Positions 39,358 to 52,202 of a stretch of DNA of 64,000 nt are shown piece by piece. The notes beneath the pieces are model-generated. The model saw only the letters and a program-made list of their open reading frames with translations, was not told the origin of the DNA and searched no databases. This DNA comes from Octopus vulgaris (taxonomy: Eukaryota): assembly GCA_951406725.2 (NCBI GenBank), contig OX597834.1, positions 21,762,001 to 21,826,000 on the forward strand, in the 5' to 3' direction. The position numbers and the translations under genes were made by a program. Positions within the stretch are counted from its first letter, which is position 1; each line of letters starts with the position of its first letter.

Positions 39358-39569
39358 AGTCATATGGTGATATAAATAATTTAAATAACATCTTGTGTGT
39401 TTGTTTCCATTTTCCATTATTCTTATGTTCTTCAAAACACATCTCATTTCTCCGCGGAATTATCACCCACGCAAGTGTTATTACTAATTTCTTAGGCACT
39501 TATGTGACCCTTGGCTACCCTGGTAATTGTTTCTCTGGAACTTTTCTTGTAAATTGAACATTTATATAC

Positions 39570-39610
<41 letters not shown>

Positions 39611-39766
39611 CATCTCTACATACATTGCATGGGTGAGGAGCATACCACCTTATATATATATATAAAATTAAAGTCAAAATGAGGGTGAAAAAATTGGATA
39701 TTAATTTAATAACATCAATTTAAACACCAGTGGTCTAGGGCATAAAAGACTGAGATTCAGTAAATA

Positions 39767-39978
39767 TTATTAATACATAAATATGAGAGAGAATCCACTA
39801 TGTGGACGCTCTTACGCTAGAGATAGATCCGCAAAGGGACTCAACCACAAAGAATTGTTCTTAATGTGCTAAATTTTTTATTGAAAACAATTCTTAGTGG
39901 TTGAGCCCCTTTGCGGATCTATCTCTAGCGTAAGAGCGTCCACATAGTGGATTCTCTCTCATATTTGTGTATTAATAA
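39767..39978. repeat. Near-perfect inverted repeat, ~99-bp arms, ~14-nt loop
   Basis: aatatgagagagaatccactatgtggacgctcttacgctagagatagatccgcaaaggg is exactly mirrored by ccctttgcggatctatctctagcgtaagagcgtccacatagtggattctctctcatatt. Confidence 0.97.
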
Positions 39979-40024
<46 letters not shown>

Positions 40025-40569
40025 ATATGTCCCTAGATACATTCTGTGTAGAAACCAGACACGGTTGTCACAATTGGAAAACAATTCATTATAAATCTGT
40101 TTTTAGCTGAAAGATGACCTTGAGTTAACCATTAACCCACCCTTAAAGTCATTCCTCCCCCACTACCACCACGCTTCTTCAGACCCTCTGACGGCATCAG
40201 CGAAACCAGTATCGACCACCACAGTTTCAGACAGGGTGCATTGTCTTTCTACCAACCTCTTCGACTCTGTCTCTCCCTCTGCCCTCTCTCTCCCCCTCTC
40301 TCTCTCTCTCCCCATCTCTCTCTCCCTCTCTAGGTCGTCTATAACAAACAATGTCAGAATATTATCTCAAGTTACTTCATCAATCAATCAAAGACATTCT
40401 GACTCGATCAGAAATCAATATTATTTATTGGTATTGAGTTTTATCTTGAAACCCTTACAGCATAGAATACAAACACACACACACACACACACACACATGT
40501 ATACATGCATATACACGTACATCTGCACACTTAGCTGAACTGCCTTTCCTTTTTTGTTACCTCCCTATG

Positions 40570-40897
40570 CACATGCATAAAGCATCGGGCTTGCAGCCAT
40601 GAGGTAGTCAGTTCAATTCCTGGACCAAGCTGTGTGTTGTGTCCTTGAGCAAGACACTTTATTTCACATTGCCCCAGTTCACTCAGCTGTAGAAATGAGT
40701 TGTGACATCACTGGTGCCAGGCTGTATTGGCCCCTTTGCCTCTCCCTTGGATAACAGAAGGGATGCTGGTATGCACAGGTGACTGCTTGTCTTCCATAAA
40801 CAACCTTGCCCAGACATGTGCCTCTTAGGGGAACTTTCTTGGTGCAACCCCGAAGTCATTCTTGATTGGAATGGATCTGTACCCCTTTTACCCTTTG
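40570..40897 (+). mobile_element. CORE-like SINE family C, near full length
   Basis: Colinear with 47855-48204, including the (ttaccct) tail. Confidence 0.85.
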
Positions 40898-41064
40898 ACC
40901 CTAATTGCCAGATGTTAATTAGATAGTTGGAGATGCATTGCTCAGTTGTTAGAACATCATGCTCACGGTCATTGGGTTGGTGGCAATGGTGGTTGAGCAA
41001 TAGAGTTTAAAAAGAGGATGGCGTCGATGACGACGCTGATTAGGATGAGCACGTTGAGGGTGGT

Positions 41065-41066
41065 AG

Positions 41067-41097
<31 letters not shown>

Positions 41098-41350
41098 TGA
41101 TGATAATAGTGGTGGTGGTGGTGGTGGTGGTGGTGGTGGTGGTAGTGATGATGATGAGGAATGATGATGATGAGGAATGATGATGATGAGGATGATGAGG
41201 AGGAATGATGATGACAATGATGATGATGATGAGGAATGATGATGATGATAGTGATGGCAGAGGTGGTGGTATTGATGATGATGATAGTGATAATGAGGAT
41301 GATGATGATGATGATAGCGATGATGATGATGGTGGTGGTAGTGATGATGT

Positions 41351-41385
<35 letters not shown>

Positions 41386-41395
41386 GTGATGATGG
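41065..41395. repeat. (GAT/GGT)n microsatellite; an (AAT)n tract follows at 41587-41813
   Basis: Direct reading. Confidence 0.95.
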
Positions 41396-41609
41396 TACAC
41401 ACTAATAAATGAATGATCCATGGGAAGAACTTAACAATAATTTCATGCCTATATGCTTGTCTTTCGTTTCAGAATAAACACCTCCATCGTAATTACATTC
41501 GCAAAACAAAACGTTGTTCATTATTTAGTGAGGCGAGGAAAGACATTTTAAATGTTATTTACTGCTCTGGGATTCTGGGTGCCAACATAATAATACTAAG
41601 AATAATAAC

Positions 41610-41659
<50 letters not shown>

Positions 41660-41784
41660 TAATAATAAGAATAACAACAACAATAATGATAATAATAATA
41701 ATAATAACAACAACAATAATAATAATAACAATAATAATAATAACAGCAATAATAATATTAATAATAATAATAATAATAATAACG

Positions 41785-41817
<33 letters not shown>

Positions 41818-42158
41818 TGGATTGTAAAAAGATGTTCGTTTTGGGGTTTTATCTGAAATTCTTTGTATTCTTGGATTTTCAATTATCACAATATTTCATG
41901 TGTTGTTATTTTTTTTTATTTTTCGTATTTTTTTTTTATTTTTTGTGTTCTTGTTCTGTTCACAACTCTGCTTATTTTGTTGTTGGTTTTCTTTTTTCCA
42001 GTGTTAGACTGGGGAAATAGGAAACAGGAATAGAAAGAGAAACTATATTTGAATTATTTATTATTTACATATGTATATATGCATGAAACCCTATGTACGC
42101 ATGTGGATGTGTATGTGTGTGTGTGTGTATTTATGTGTGTGCGTGTGTATAAGTATTA

Positions 42159-42191
<33 letters not shown>

Positions 42192-42332
42192 TTCATTCAT
42201 ATATATTCATTTATATATTCATATGTGTATACACATGGATATATATATAAGCATACATATATGTGTTTGTGTATATATATACATATATATGTATATACAT
42301 GTGTGTGTGCTTGTGCATGCATGCACATGAAT

Positions 42333-42364
<32 letters not shown>

Positions 42365-42867
42365 TTTTTGTGTGTGTGTGAGTGTACACTACAACGCACA
42401 GAAAATAATGAATGAAAATTTAGGTTAAAAATTTATACACAACAAATAAAAAAGAGAAGTTAAAAAAAAACAAACAGAATTTTAAAAATTTCATGACTTA
42501 AAATTAAATCTAAGAACAACAGAATAATTGTTGTCTTTAATTTTTTCTTTTTTTTTTTTTTCAAAAATAACTTGTTGCTTTTCAAAATTTCTGGTTTTTA
42601 AATTTCTTTTTTCTTGGTTTTCAAATAAAATTCTGGAAATTGGCTTCAGCTTAATTCTAGCGTCTTTGAATCAATTTGGTTTCCTCGGATTGTCTCATTC
42701 CACATGTAAAGGTAACATGTTTGTTGGAGTATGGAAACTGGATGTGATTACCCTGAAGTCACAATGTCACTCGAGATTCTGTAGGGGTGGCAGCATATTT
42801 CTGCATTTATGATATCTAGATGTCTGTGTATACATATAAACACACACAAACACACATATATATAATC

Positions 42868-43015
42868 AGGTGAACTGGCAGAATCGTTAGCACACCGGGC
42901 AAAAAGCTTAGCAACATTTTGTCTGTCTCTACATTCTGAGATCAAATTCTGGCGAGGTCAACTTTGCCTTTCGTCCTCTCAGGGTTGATAAAATAAGCCA
43001 ATAAAATAAGTACTA
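42868..43015 (+). mobile_element. SINE family B, 5' part
   Basis: ggtgaactggcagaatcgttagcacaccgggc...gaggtcaactttgcctttcgtcctctcagggttgataaa. Confidence 0.8.
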
Positions 43016-43128
43016 GCCACACCTACTTACTTACACACACACACACACATACAATGTATGATCATCATTTAATGTTCCTTTTCCATATATATTTCAATAC
43101 ACACACACACACATGTATATCTGTATAT

Positions 43129-43258
43129 AGGAAGGAGTACGCTTAGACAGCTATTTAATAAACACTACACATGTTTCGGTACAACAGAGATCTACATATG
43201 CATAGGATTTAAATTAAACAACGGTTTATTAAATAGCTGTCTAAACGTTCTCCGTCCT
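43129..43258. repeat. Inverted repeat (~35-bp arms) enclosing the 3' half of a hammerhead-like motif
   Basis: aggaaggagtacgcttagacagctatttaataaac / gtttattaaatagctgtctaaacgttctccgtcct; the internal minus strand reads cGAAACATGTGTA. Confidence 0.8.
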
Positions 43259-43393
43259 GTTGACTCTGTGTATTCAATTTTTATTTTTCACACACGATAA
43301 AAGCCTAAGCCTAGACTTCGAATACTACTGGCTATTTTGTAATTCTAAGGGTGAACAAGCTCTATTTTTACTCATACATTCCTAACAGAATAC

Positions 43394-43434
<41 letters not shown>

Positions 43435-43517
43435 CAGAAATGGAAAACAATAAATTGAACAATTATAAATTCAATTCAATTTAAATATTTTATACAAACA
43501 AAGGACACATCTCATAA

Positions 43518-43606
43518 ATCACAGTTGTTTCTGCTTCATTAATAAAACGAAGTTTTTCACGAATAATCAAATCCATTTAAATATATAATGATGCTTCATC
43601 AGATAG
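43518..43606 (-). ncRNA. Decayed hammerhead-like motif with a long stem II
   Basis: Minus strand: CTGATGA (43602-43596)-a-gcatcatta...taatgaagc-a-GAAACAACTGT (near-palindrome ACAGCTGT); cleavage triplet imperfect. Confidence 0.45.
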
Positions 43607-43704
43607 ACATATCTACTTTCGAAAGGTTACTCTCATATATTTAAGTGTGTGTGTGTCTGTAAAACAAATATTAAACAATGATGATGATAATATCGGTACA
43701 TATG

Positions 43705-44125
43705 TAGGTGTGTGACTGTGTGGTAAGAAGCTAGCTTCTCAGCCACATGGTTCTGGGTTCCATCCCATGGCATGGCACTTTCAGCAAGTATCTTCTGCTA
43801 TAGTTCCAATCTGACCAAAACCTTATGAGTGGATTTGGTAGATGGAAACTGCAAGAAGCCCATCATATATAAATATATGCATATACCTATGTGTGTGAGT
43901 CTTCGTGTGTGGGGGAAAGGTGTTTGTCCTAACCACCACCACTTGATAATTGGTGTTGGTTTGTTTACATCCTCTGTGACTTAGCAGTTTGGCAAAAGAG
44001 ACCAACAGAATAAGTACCAGGCTTTAAAAAACAATAATTATTGCAGTTGATTTATTCAACGAAACATTTCAATGTAGTGCTCCAGCATGGCTGCTATCCA
44101 ATGACTGAAACAAGTAAAAAGGTTA
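43705..44125 (+). mobile_element. SINE family A, full length, diverged
   Basis: Colinear with 25990-26400. Confidence 0.85.
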
Positions 44126-44178
44126 AAAAAACTGACACTTTAAATGATAATCACACTAATAATAATAACAATAATAAC

Positions 44179-44204
<26 letters not shown>

Positions 44205-44209
<5 letters not shown>

Positions 44210-44652
44210 TGTACTATAGGCACAAGGGCTGAAATTTTGGGGGAGGGGCAGCCAGTCGAGTAGCTTGGCCCCAGTACACAACTGGTACTTAATTTATCAA
44301 CCCCGAAAGGATGAAAGGCAAAATCGACCTCAGCAGAATTTGAACTCAGAACGTAGCAATAGGTGAAATATCGCTAAGCATTCTATCCAGTGTTCTAATG
44401 ATTCTACTAATTCGTCACCTATCAATAATAATAATAATAGTAATCTTTTCTACTATAGGCACAAGGCCTGAAATTTAGGGGAGGAGGCTTGGGTCGATTA
44501 CATTGACCCCAGTGCGTAACTGGTACTTATTTCATCAACCCTGAAAGGATGAAAGGCAAAGTTGACCTTGGCAGAATTTGAACTCAGAACGTGTAGACAG
44601 ACGAAATGCTGCTAAGCATTTTGCCCAACATGCTAACTATTCTGCCAGCTCT
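44205..44652 (-). mobile_element. Two tandem SINE family B copies in (AAT)n
   Basis: tactataggcacaagg...gaaaggatgaaaggcaaa...gaatttgaactcagaacgt occurs twice. Other copies at 19470-19600, 45118-45295 (+), 47400-47562, 55362-55680 and 63800-63975. Confidence 0.85.
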
Positions 44653-45602
44653 AATAATAAACAACTCTTAACATTTGTGAGGAATAATTGATTTAGGTGG
44701 AGATTAGAGATCGTGAGAACTTTGTTGGGATTAATAATTATTCGAAGGAACACAATTAATGGGTGGATGTGGTAGAAGCAGGGCTGGCGAAAGAGAAAGA
44801 GGGGATGGAGGAGGGGGAGGGGGAGAATAGGTCACTTTTCATCTTGGGGTTGCAGTATCAACAGTATCTAATTGATAAGGCATTTATTTATCATAACAAC
44901 AACAATAGCAACAACAACAATTTGGCTGCTATGGTGTCAGTTTTATGTCTCCCACCCCCGCCCACCAGCCCCACAATTTATGTTTATTTTTATTTTTTTA
45001 ATTATATTTTTGTTTGTTCTGCCTTGACCGGCTACTGATGACCTCAAGATGAAAAAAAACAAATGTCATGACCTGAGAGTTTAATCGGGTTGAAATTTTT
45101 AATGTCGTGATATTGGTTGCTATTTCGTCTGTCGCTACGTTCTGAGTTCAAATTCCGCCAAGATCGACTTTGCCTTTCATCCTTTCAGGGTCGTACCAGT
45201 TACGCACTGGGGTCGATGTAATCGACTTAATACCTATGTCTGTCCTTGTTTGTCCCCTATATGTTTAGCCCCTTGTGGGTAATAATGAAATAGATATTGG
45301 TTGCTGGCATCACAGAATCTCTTCTGGAACAGGGACAGAATTATAAGCAGATTTTTCTCTCCTATTTCCCAAACAAGAGAGAAATAGAACTCAGTACATA
45401 ATGTAGAGCAGCAACAAAGGGGAAACACTCACTGCATACAATATGTTTTTGTTTGTCGTCAGCTTCAGCTACAACTGAGTGGACTGTAGCAACGTGAAAT
45501 AAAGTGTCTTGTTCAAGGACACAGTGCAGCCCTGGGAATCAAGCCATAACCTTATGATCATAGCCTAATACCCTAACCACTAAGCCACATGCCTTCACCT
45601 TC

Positions 45603-46202
45603 TTTTAGCCTTTTATTTGTTTCAGCCACTTGACTACAGCCATGCTGGAGCATCGCCTTTTACTCAAACAAATTGACCCCAGGACCTATTCTTTGTAAGC
45701 TTAGTATTTATCAGTCACTTTTGCCAAACCGCTAAGTTACGGGGACGTAAACACACAAACATCGGTTGTCAAGCGATGGCTGGCAGACAAACATAGACAC
45801 ACAAACATATCTCTCCCTATCCGCTCAGTCGAAGTCGACTCTCGGTCACTCGTTGGATCAGTGTCCTCCAGTCAGTTCCATACTGGGCTGCTTCTTTCAG
45901 ATTGGCTATGTCCATTCCAGTATCACTCTTGATGGTGTCAAGCCAGCGGGTTCTTGGTCAGCCTCTTCCTCTCTTGCCACTGACCATTCCGAGCATGATG
46001 TCCTTCTCCAGGGATTTTCTCCGTATAATATACATACATATATTTATACGATGGGCTTCTTTCAGTTTCTATCTACCAAATCCACTCACAAGGCTTTGGT
46101 CAGCCTGAGGCTATAGCAGAGGGTACTTGCCCAAGGTGCCATGCAGTGACACTGAACCCAGAACGATATGGTTGGCAAGCAATCTTCTTACCACACTGCC
46201 AT
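45603..46202 (-). mobile_element. SINE family A interrupted by an RTE fragment
   Basis: 3' half at 45603-45810 and 5' half at 46032-46202 flank the LINE fragment; an adjacent CORE-like SINE fragment lies at 45440-45598 (-). Confidence 0.85.
45811..46031 (-). mobile_element. 5'-truncated RTE (BovB-like) LINE 3' end, second copy
   Basis: Nearly identical to 8045-8264 (ctatccgctcagtcgaagtcgactctc...ccagggattttct). Confidence 0.92.
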
Positions 46203-46431
46203 ATGTATGTATTTATTCATTTATTTGTTAGTGATTTCGGTCAAGGATTGTGGCTCCACTGGGCCTCTGTTTCCTTAGATATCATTTACATCAGCAACTT
46301 TAATTATTATAACAGTGATTAGTAAAATGGAGATCAGAACTGAGAATATTTTATACCAAAACAGCACAAGGCATTTTTGTGTCACACCCAACCAATTCCC
46401 ACAGCCACCCATATATTTACATATACGCATG

Positions 46432-46462
<31 letters not shown>

Positions 46463-47854
46463 GAGTATATTTCTGTGTTTGAACCTGTGTGTATATGTTT
46501 TGTTTATTTCAGATATCTAATTGTGATTATACTATACCCACATCTATATAAAGTTAGGGACCCCACCCTCCTCCTTTAGCTGGGTTTCTCTCTCTCTCTT
46601 TCTGGGAACACCACATCTGATTAAGCTAGTTCTCTTCTGCAAAATTACTTCTACCATAAAAAGACCAAACAAAATAAAATAATATAATGTAAAATAATAT
46701 AATATAAAATAATATAAAATAAAATAAAATAAAATAAAATGAGATAAATAAACACTTTTTTAATAATATTCTCATTAAAATCAAACAATGAAATATTAAA
46801 TTCTCTATTGTTTGTTGAGATTTTTCTTTGTGTTTTGGTGGTGAGGGTCGAGGATGGGATGTAGTTTTCAACACAATACAATAGCACTGACTCGTTATTA
46901 TTTTTACCCACTTCATTGCAATAATTTGTATTAGGTTCGTTAATTGTTCGCTTGCCAGATGTGCAGCTGCATTGCATGCGTTAATGCATCGTGGTTAGTT
47001 GATGCACTTTCAGCTTTTGTACGGGTTGTTTTTGTTGTTGTTGCTTTCTTTTCGCGTTTTTGTCCCTTGTTACCATTTCCACATGTCGCCAAAAATGCAA
47101 TTGTTTAAATCCTGTCCGTGTAAAATTTCACTGCGCCCGTCACCGCCATCGGGTTTACATTTAACCGTTGACACGAGTTTTGTTGGTCCCGCGGAAATAA
47201 ACGGCGACAGTGTGTGACTAAAAAAAACACATTCACAGACATTCTGGGACGTTGCCATGGATTTCTTTGTCCTCTTTTTCATCCCCTGTTCATCCTCTGA
47301 TTTGACTCTTACTCCTCCTCCCTCTTCTTCTTTGTCTTCTCTTTCTTTTTCTCTCTTTCTGTCTGCCTGACCCTCTCTGACTCATCAGCTTCCCTAATTT
47401 CTATTTCTTTATTACCCAGAAGGGGCCAAACATAGAGGGCACAAACAAAGACAGACATAGGTATTAAGTCAATTATATCGAGCCCAGTGCATAACTGGTA
47501 CTTAATTTATCGACCCCCGAAAGGATGAAAGGCAAAGTCGACCTCGGCGGAATTTGAACTCACAAATTAGCTTCCTTAATTTCTGATGGCTACCTTCACC
47601 CACGACATTGTCAAAAATAACAGCAGCCTCTGGGTCTGACATTAAACTGCATCTGGTAGTGAGGCTCCAGTTTGGAAATCCTGGAGTTGTGAGGTGTATG
47701 GAGTTACCTCTGAATTACCATTATCTCCAGATTCATTCTGATGCAGCATGATAGGTCCTCTCAGGATCCCACTTATGGATTAAATAGACATACACGCAAA
47801 CATACATACATATATATATGTGTTGTGTGTGCACGTATATATATATATATATAT

Positions 47855-48204
47855 GTGAAGGCGCATGGCTCAGTGGTTAGAGCGTCAAGCTTACGATCAT
47901 GAGGTTGTGAGCTCGAATCCCGGACCGGGCTGCGTGTTGTGTTCTTGAGCAAGGCACTTTATTTCACGTTGCTCCAGTTCACTCAGCTGTAGAAATGAGT
48001 TGCGACGTCACTGGTGCCAAGCTGTATCGACCTTTGTCTTTCCCTTGGATAACACTGGTGGCGTGGAGAGGGGAGGCTGGTATGCATGGGCGCACTGCTG
48101 GTCTTCCATAAACAACCTTGCCCGGACTTGTGTCTAGGAGGGTAACTTTCTAGGTGCAATCCCATGGTCATTCATGACCGAAGGGGGTCTTTACCCTTAC
48201 CCTT
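47855..48204 (+). mobile_element. CORE-like tRNA SINE family C, full length, young
   Basis: tggctcagtggttagagcg A-box, gagctcgaatccc B-box, ttacgat anticodon-loop-like segment; gttgtgttcttgagcaaggcactttatttcacgttgctccagttcactcagctgtagaaatgag resembles the CORE domain; tail (ttaccc)2. Confidence 0.9.
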
Positions 48205-48224
48205 TATATATATATACTTCTAAT

Positions 48225-48505
48225 ATAATGATAACATTTTATTAAAAATTTTTAGCAGTAGCTAACATATGGAAAATACCTTTTCAGGTGAAAATTATAA
48301 ATACAATTACGAATAAGGGCAAAAGAAAAAATTTTCCTTTGCCAATATGCTGAAAAATAGACACTAAATCGTCTTACCACATAAAATATATTCCCCATGT
48401 TATAAGTGAAAATATTTTATGTGGTTAGATAATTTAGCATCTATCTTTCAGCATATTGGCAAAGGAAAATTTTTTTCTTTTACCTTTATTTATAATTGCA
48501 TTTAT
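48225..48505. repeat. (AT)n-flanked element with a diverged ~90-bp-arm inverted repeat; relative of 5790-6052
   Basis: aataagggcaaaagaaaaaattttcctttgccaatatgctgaaa...accacataaaatat mirrors atattttatgtggt...tttcagcatattggcaaaggaaaattttttt. Confidence 0.85.
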
Positions 48506-49136
48506 ATATATATATATATGTGCCGGCGGCACGTAAAAAGCACCATCCGAATGTGGCTGATGCCAGCGCTGCCTTGACTGGCTTCAACAGAGATTAATAA
48601 TACATATATCCTAGTTGTGTTAATCCTTTCCTAATCCATATTCCATCTGTGGGTACACAGAGTCTTCTCCCATGTCTGCAGGCATAGGTGATCTCAGACC
48701 TCTCTGCCAAACTTTGAAGATTCAAAACACTAGTACGTGACATGAGAGATATGGCTACTATTTTTAACAGACTGCATGACCACATAGAGGCTACCTCATC
48801 GACAGGAGCCAGAGTAAATGTATAAAAAGGGTATTGATCTATTGATCAGACATTTATTAACTAATTTAGTTCCACCAAACATGAAACGGAACATGGATTC
48901 TCTTTATCTGGTTTAACATTTTTACCTGGCTCTACAATGATGTTAACCTGATAATTAACGAGGTTTTTAAACGAGTGCTTGTAATCTTATGTTTGAGACA
49001 GATTCTTCATTTGTTTTGTTTTATGGGTTTTTTTATCTGGTTTTTGGTGTTTGGTTTATGTCATTCGTTGTTATTGTTTTTGGATGGTCGGGTGAATTCT
49101 CTATCATAAGAAGCATGTAACCAGACCAGATCCCCA

Positions 49137-49172
<36 letters not shown>

Positions 49173-50072
49173 ATCTCAATTTCATCCCTACAACCACCAA
49201 CAACAACAGTAACAACATCACTGCCACCACCCTCAAAAATACAACCACCACCGTCACCACCTACACCACCAACACCATCATTACCATCAAGACCACATCA
49301 CAACCACCAGTAATCAGCAACCATCGCCACCACCATCACCACCACCATAATCACCCCCACCACCATCGCTATCACCGCCATCACTGTCACCACCATCATC
49401 ACAACCACCATCACCATCATCACCACCACCACCATCACCACCATCACCATCACCCAATACCACCATGACCACGACTATCACCGCCACCATGACCACCACC
49501 ACCAACAACAACAACAACAGCAACCACCGCCACCACCATCACACCACTATAATCACCACCACCACCACCAACAACAACAACAACTGTTGTAGTACTTCAT
49601 CACCAAGTAATCTAAGAGATTGACCGATTCTTCAACATGTTTTACAAGAGCTCCAAGCTGTTCATTCCTTAATCAATACAAACAAATGTACACGGAAACA
49701 GATAAAGAACATACACCCTAACCCCCCCCACACACACACACATTACCACCACCACCACCACCACCCCTTTCTCTCACACACTCTTCTCGCCTTCCTTTTC
49801 TCTCTCTCTCTCTGTCTCTCTCTATCATTCTTCTTGCTCTTAATCTCTCCTTCACTTGCTTTTTATTGCAAAGCCTTTGCAACAACATATGTCTGTTTAT
49901 CTGTTCCCCCCCCACACACACACACATACACACATGCATATACATATCACCATTACCATCATCGTCATCATCATCATCATTTAATACACTGCAATGCCAA
50001 GAACATCCATAGATGTACTACAGTACTAAGAGAGAAAGGATATCTGTATATGTATGTGTGTGTGTGTGTGTA

Positions 50073-50103
<31 letters not shown>

Positions 50104-50330
50104 ATGTATGTATGCATGCATGCATACTGTTGTGTGTTTGTGTGTGTCCTCATGTTTGGAAGTATGTCTAAATTTGTTTATCTAAATATCTATCAATCTC
50201 TTGATGTCTGTCTATCTATCTATCTATCTATTGATGTAGCTATCTCTGTATCACTCTATCTACCTGTCTATCTATCTATCTATCTATCAATCTATCTACC
50301 TGTCTATCTATCTATCTATCTATCTATCAC

Positions 50331-50387
<57 letters not shown>

Positions 50388-50934
50388 TGATGTAGCTATA
50401 TTTGTATCAATCTATCTACCTGTCTATCTATCTATCTGTCTGTTTATCCGTTGAGCTGTCTGTGAAACCATCTATCTATCTATCTATTTATTCATCCACT
50501 TATCTTTCTAGTTGTCCATAGATTTATCCAGCCATTCATCTATGTACTTATCTATCTCTATGTTTATTTGTCTGTCTATCACTTCATCCGTCAACCTCTC
50601 TATCAGTTTGTCTGTCTAGCCATCTATATCATGCCTTGTGGCTATATGGTTGTCCACCTTTATGCTTGTCCATGCATGTGTTTGTGTGTGTGTGTGTGTG
50701 TGTACAAGTGGATGTGTGTCTGTTAACATTTGTACTTCTCCACAACTCATTCAGCAACATGTAGTGACCTTTGTTGCTGGGTTTCCCCTGTCAACAAATC
50801 AACCAATGGCTTTGCTCCTTCCAAAACACGAGGAAATGAGGAACAAGAAACCCTTCCTTGACTAAACAATAAAGAATAAATAAAACAGATAAGTGTTAGC
50901 AACTGTAGTGTGTGTGCGATTTGAATATAGAGGC

Positions 50935-51190
50935 ACCTACCTTTTCTTCTTAGTGACGGAGACCCTCCAATGGTGACTAGTCCTTCCACACAGCCCCGAC
51001 CCGAACACTAACGATAGCAGCTGCTAGCCCAAACCCTTAGCGACGTCCTCACACATTTTGTCACCTGCACGACCCACGTTGGAAAAGCGCAATTCCCCGC
51101 TCCCTGCGCACACCTGACGGCTGACCCCTTCCGGTTGCCCCAGCTTCCGGTCAACGCACCCGGCTGCTGACGTCATCCCACAGCAACTGG
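50935..51190 (-). promoter_or_regulatory. CpG-rich island: candidate promoter plus first (noncoding) exon
   Basis: CRE TGACGTCA at 51168-51175; two ETS-type CCGGAAG sites (minus strand, 51144-51150 and 51128-51134); TGCGCA at 51105-51110; minus-strand donor AAG|GTAGGT at 50941/50940; many intact CpGs; no open frame across it. Confidence 0.45.
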
Positions 51191-51294
51191 AAAAGCATCC
51201 AGATGCAAAACAGTGCATCAGTTATCCTCTAACCCATGCAAGCATGAAAACACAGACATGAAATGAAACAAATGAACAAATAATCTCCAATATA

Positions 51295-51672
51295 GGCGCA
51301 GGAGTGGCTGTGTGGTAAGTAGCTTGCTAACCAACCACACGGTTGCGGGTTCAGTCCCACTGCGTGACATCTTGGGCAAGTGTCTTCTGCTATAGCCCCG
51401 GGCCGACCAATGCCTTGTGAGTGGATTTGGTAGACGGAAACTGAAAGAAGCCTGTCGTATATATGTATATATATATGTATGCGTGTGTTTGTGTGTCTGT
51501 GTTTGTCCCCCTAGCATTGCTTGACAATCGATGCTGGTGTGTTTAGGTCCCCGTCACTTAGCGGTTCGGCAAAAAGAGACCGATAGAATAAGTACTAAAA
51601 GGTGGTGCTCCAGCATGGCCGCAGTCAAATGACTGAAACAAGTAAAAGAGTAAAAGAGAGTAAAGAGAGTAA
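51295..51672 (+). mobile_element. SINE family A, near full length, young
   Basis: Near-identical to 25990-26400, with one internal deletion. Confidence 0.9.
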
Positions 51673-52202
51673 TTCCCAATTCTGTTACGTAATAAAAACT
51701 GTCTTCTAGTTTGTAATATTTTATCGATTTCAATGACAAAAAAATTGTCATGGTGATGGACCAATTTCAACATTTGTGTATTTGAAGTGAACAAATTCCT
51801 GATTTCAGAAAATCCCAAATCAAGCAAGAATTTACATTCTGCTCTTGGAATAAATGGCTTTTTTCGTATTTGGAATAAAATTGCTTTTGCAATTCAGCTT
51901 AAGTAGGGATGATGGCGGGGGGGGGGGTTCAGACGAAGATGTTGAGTGTCATTGGTGTTGATAGCCCAGGAATGGCTGCGTGGTTAAAATGTTTGTTTCC
52001 CAACTGCAAGGTTTTGAGTTCAGTCCCACTGCAGGAATTGAGTGGGGGGTGGGGAGAAATAGTTAGGTATGTAGAAACACACACTCACACACATGTATTT
52101 ATATTTGACGATTTATACACATGGCAAAACCATGTGGGTGAGAAGCAAACATGTTAAACACACAGGCATGCCTTCCACTTATATATGAATATATAAACAT
52201 AA

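Noticed and set aside
47590-47790. Complex sequence that looked unique (also 5300-5500, 20090-20260, 31750-31960 and 48720-48800)
   Set aside because: It resembles old octopus interspersed repeats from recall, but there is no clear second copy in the window; not supportable as either a conserved element or a named family without a RepeatMasker run.
47855-47930. tRNA-like sequence (also at 6135, 17071 and 57832)
   Set aside because: A/B boxes are present but the cloverleaf is incomplete and continues into SINE bodies; these are SINE heads, not tRNA genes.
50941-51186. 246-bp in-phase coding exon on the minus strand
   Set aside because: All three frames contain stops, so it is retained only as a noncoding or promoter candidate.
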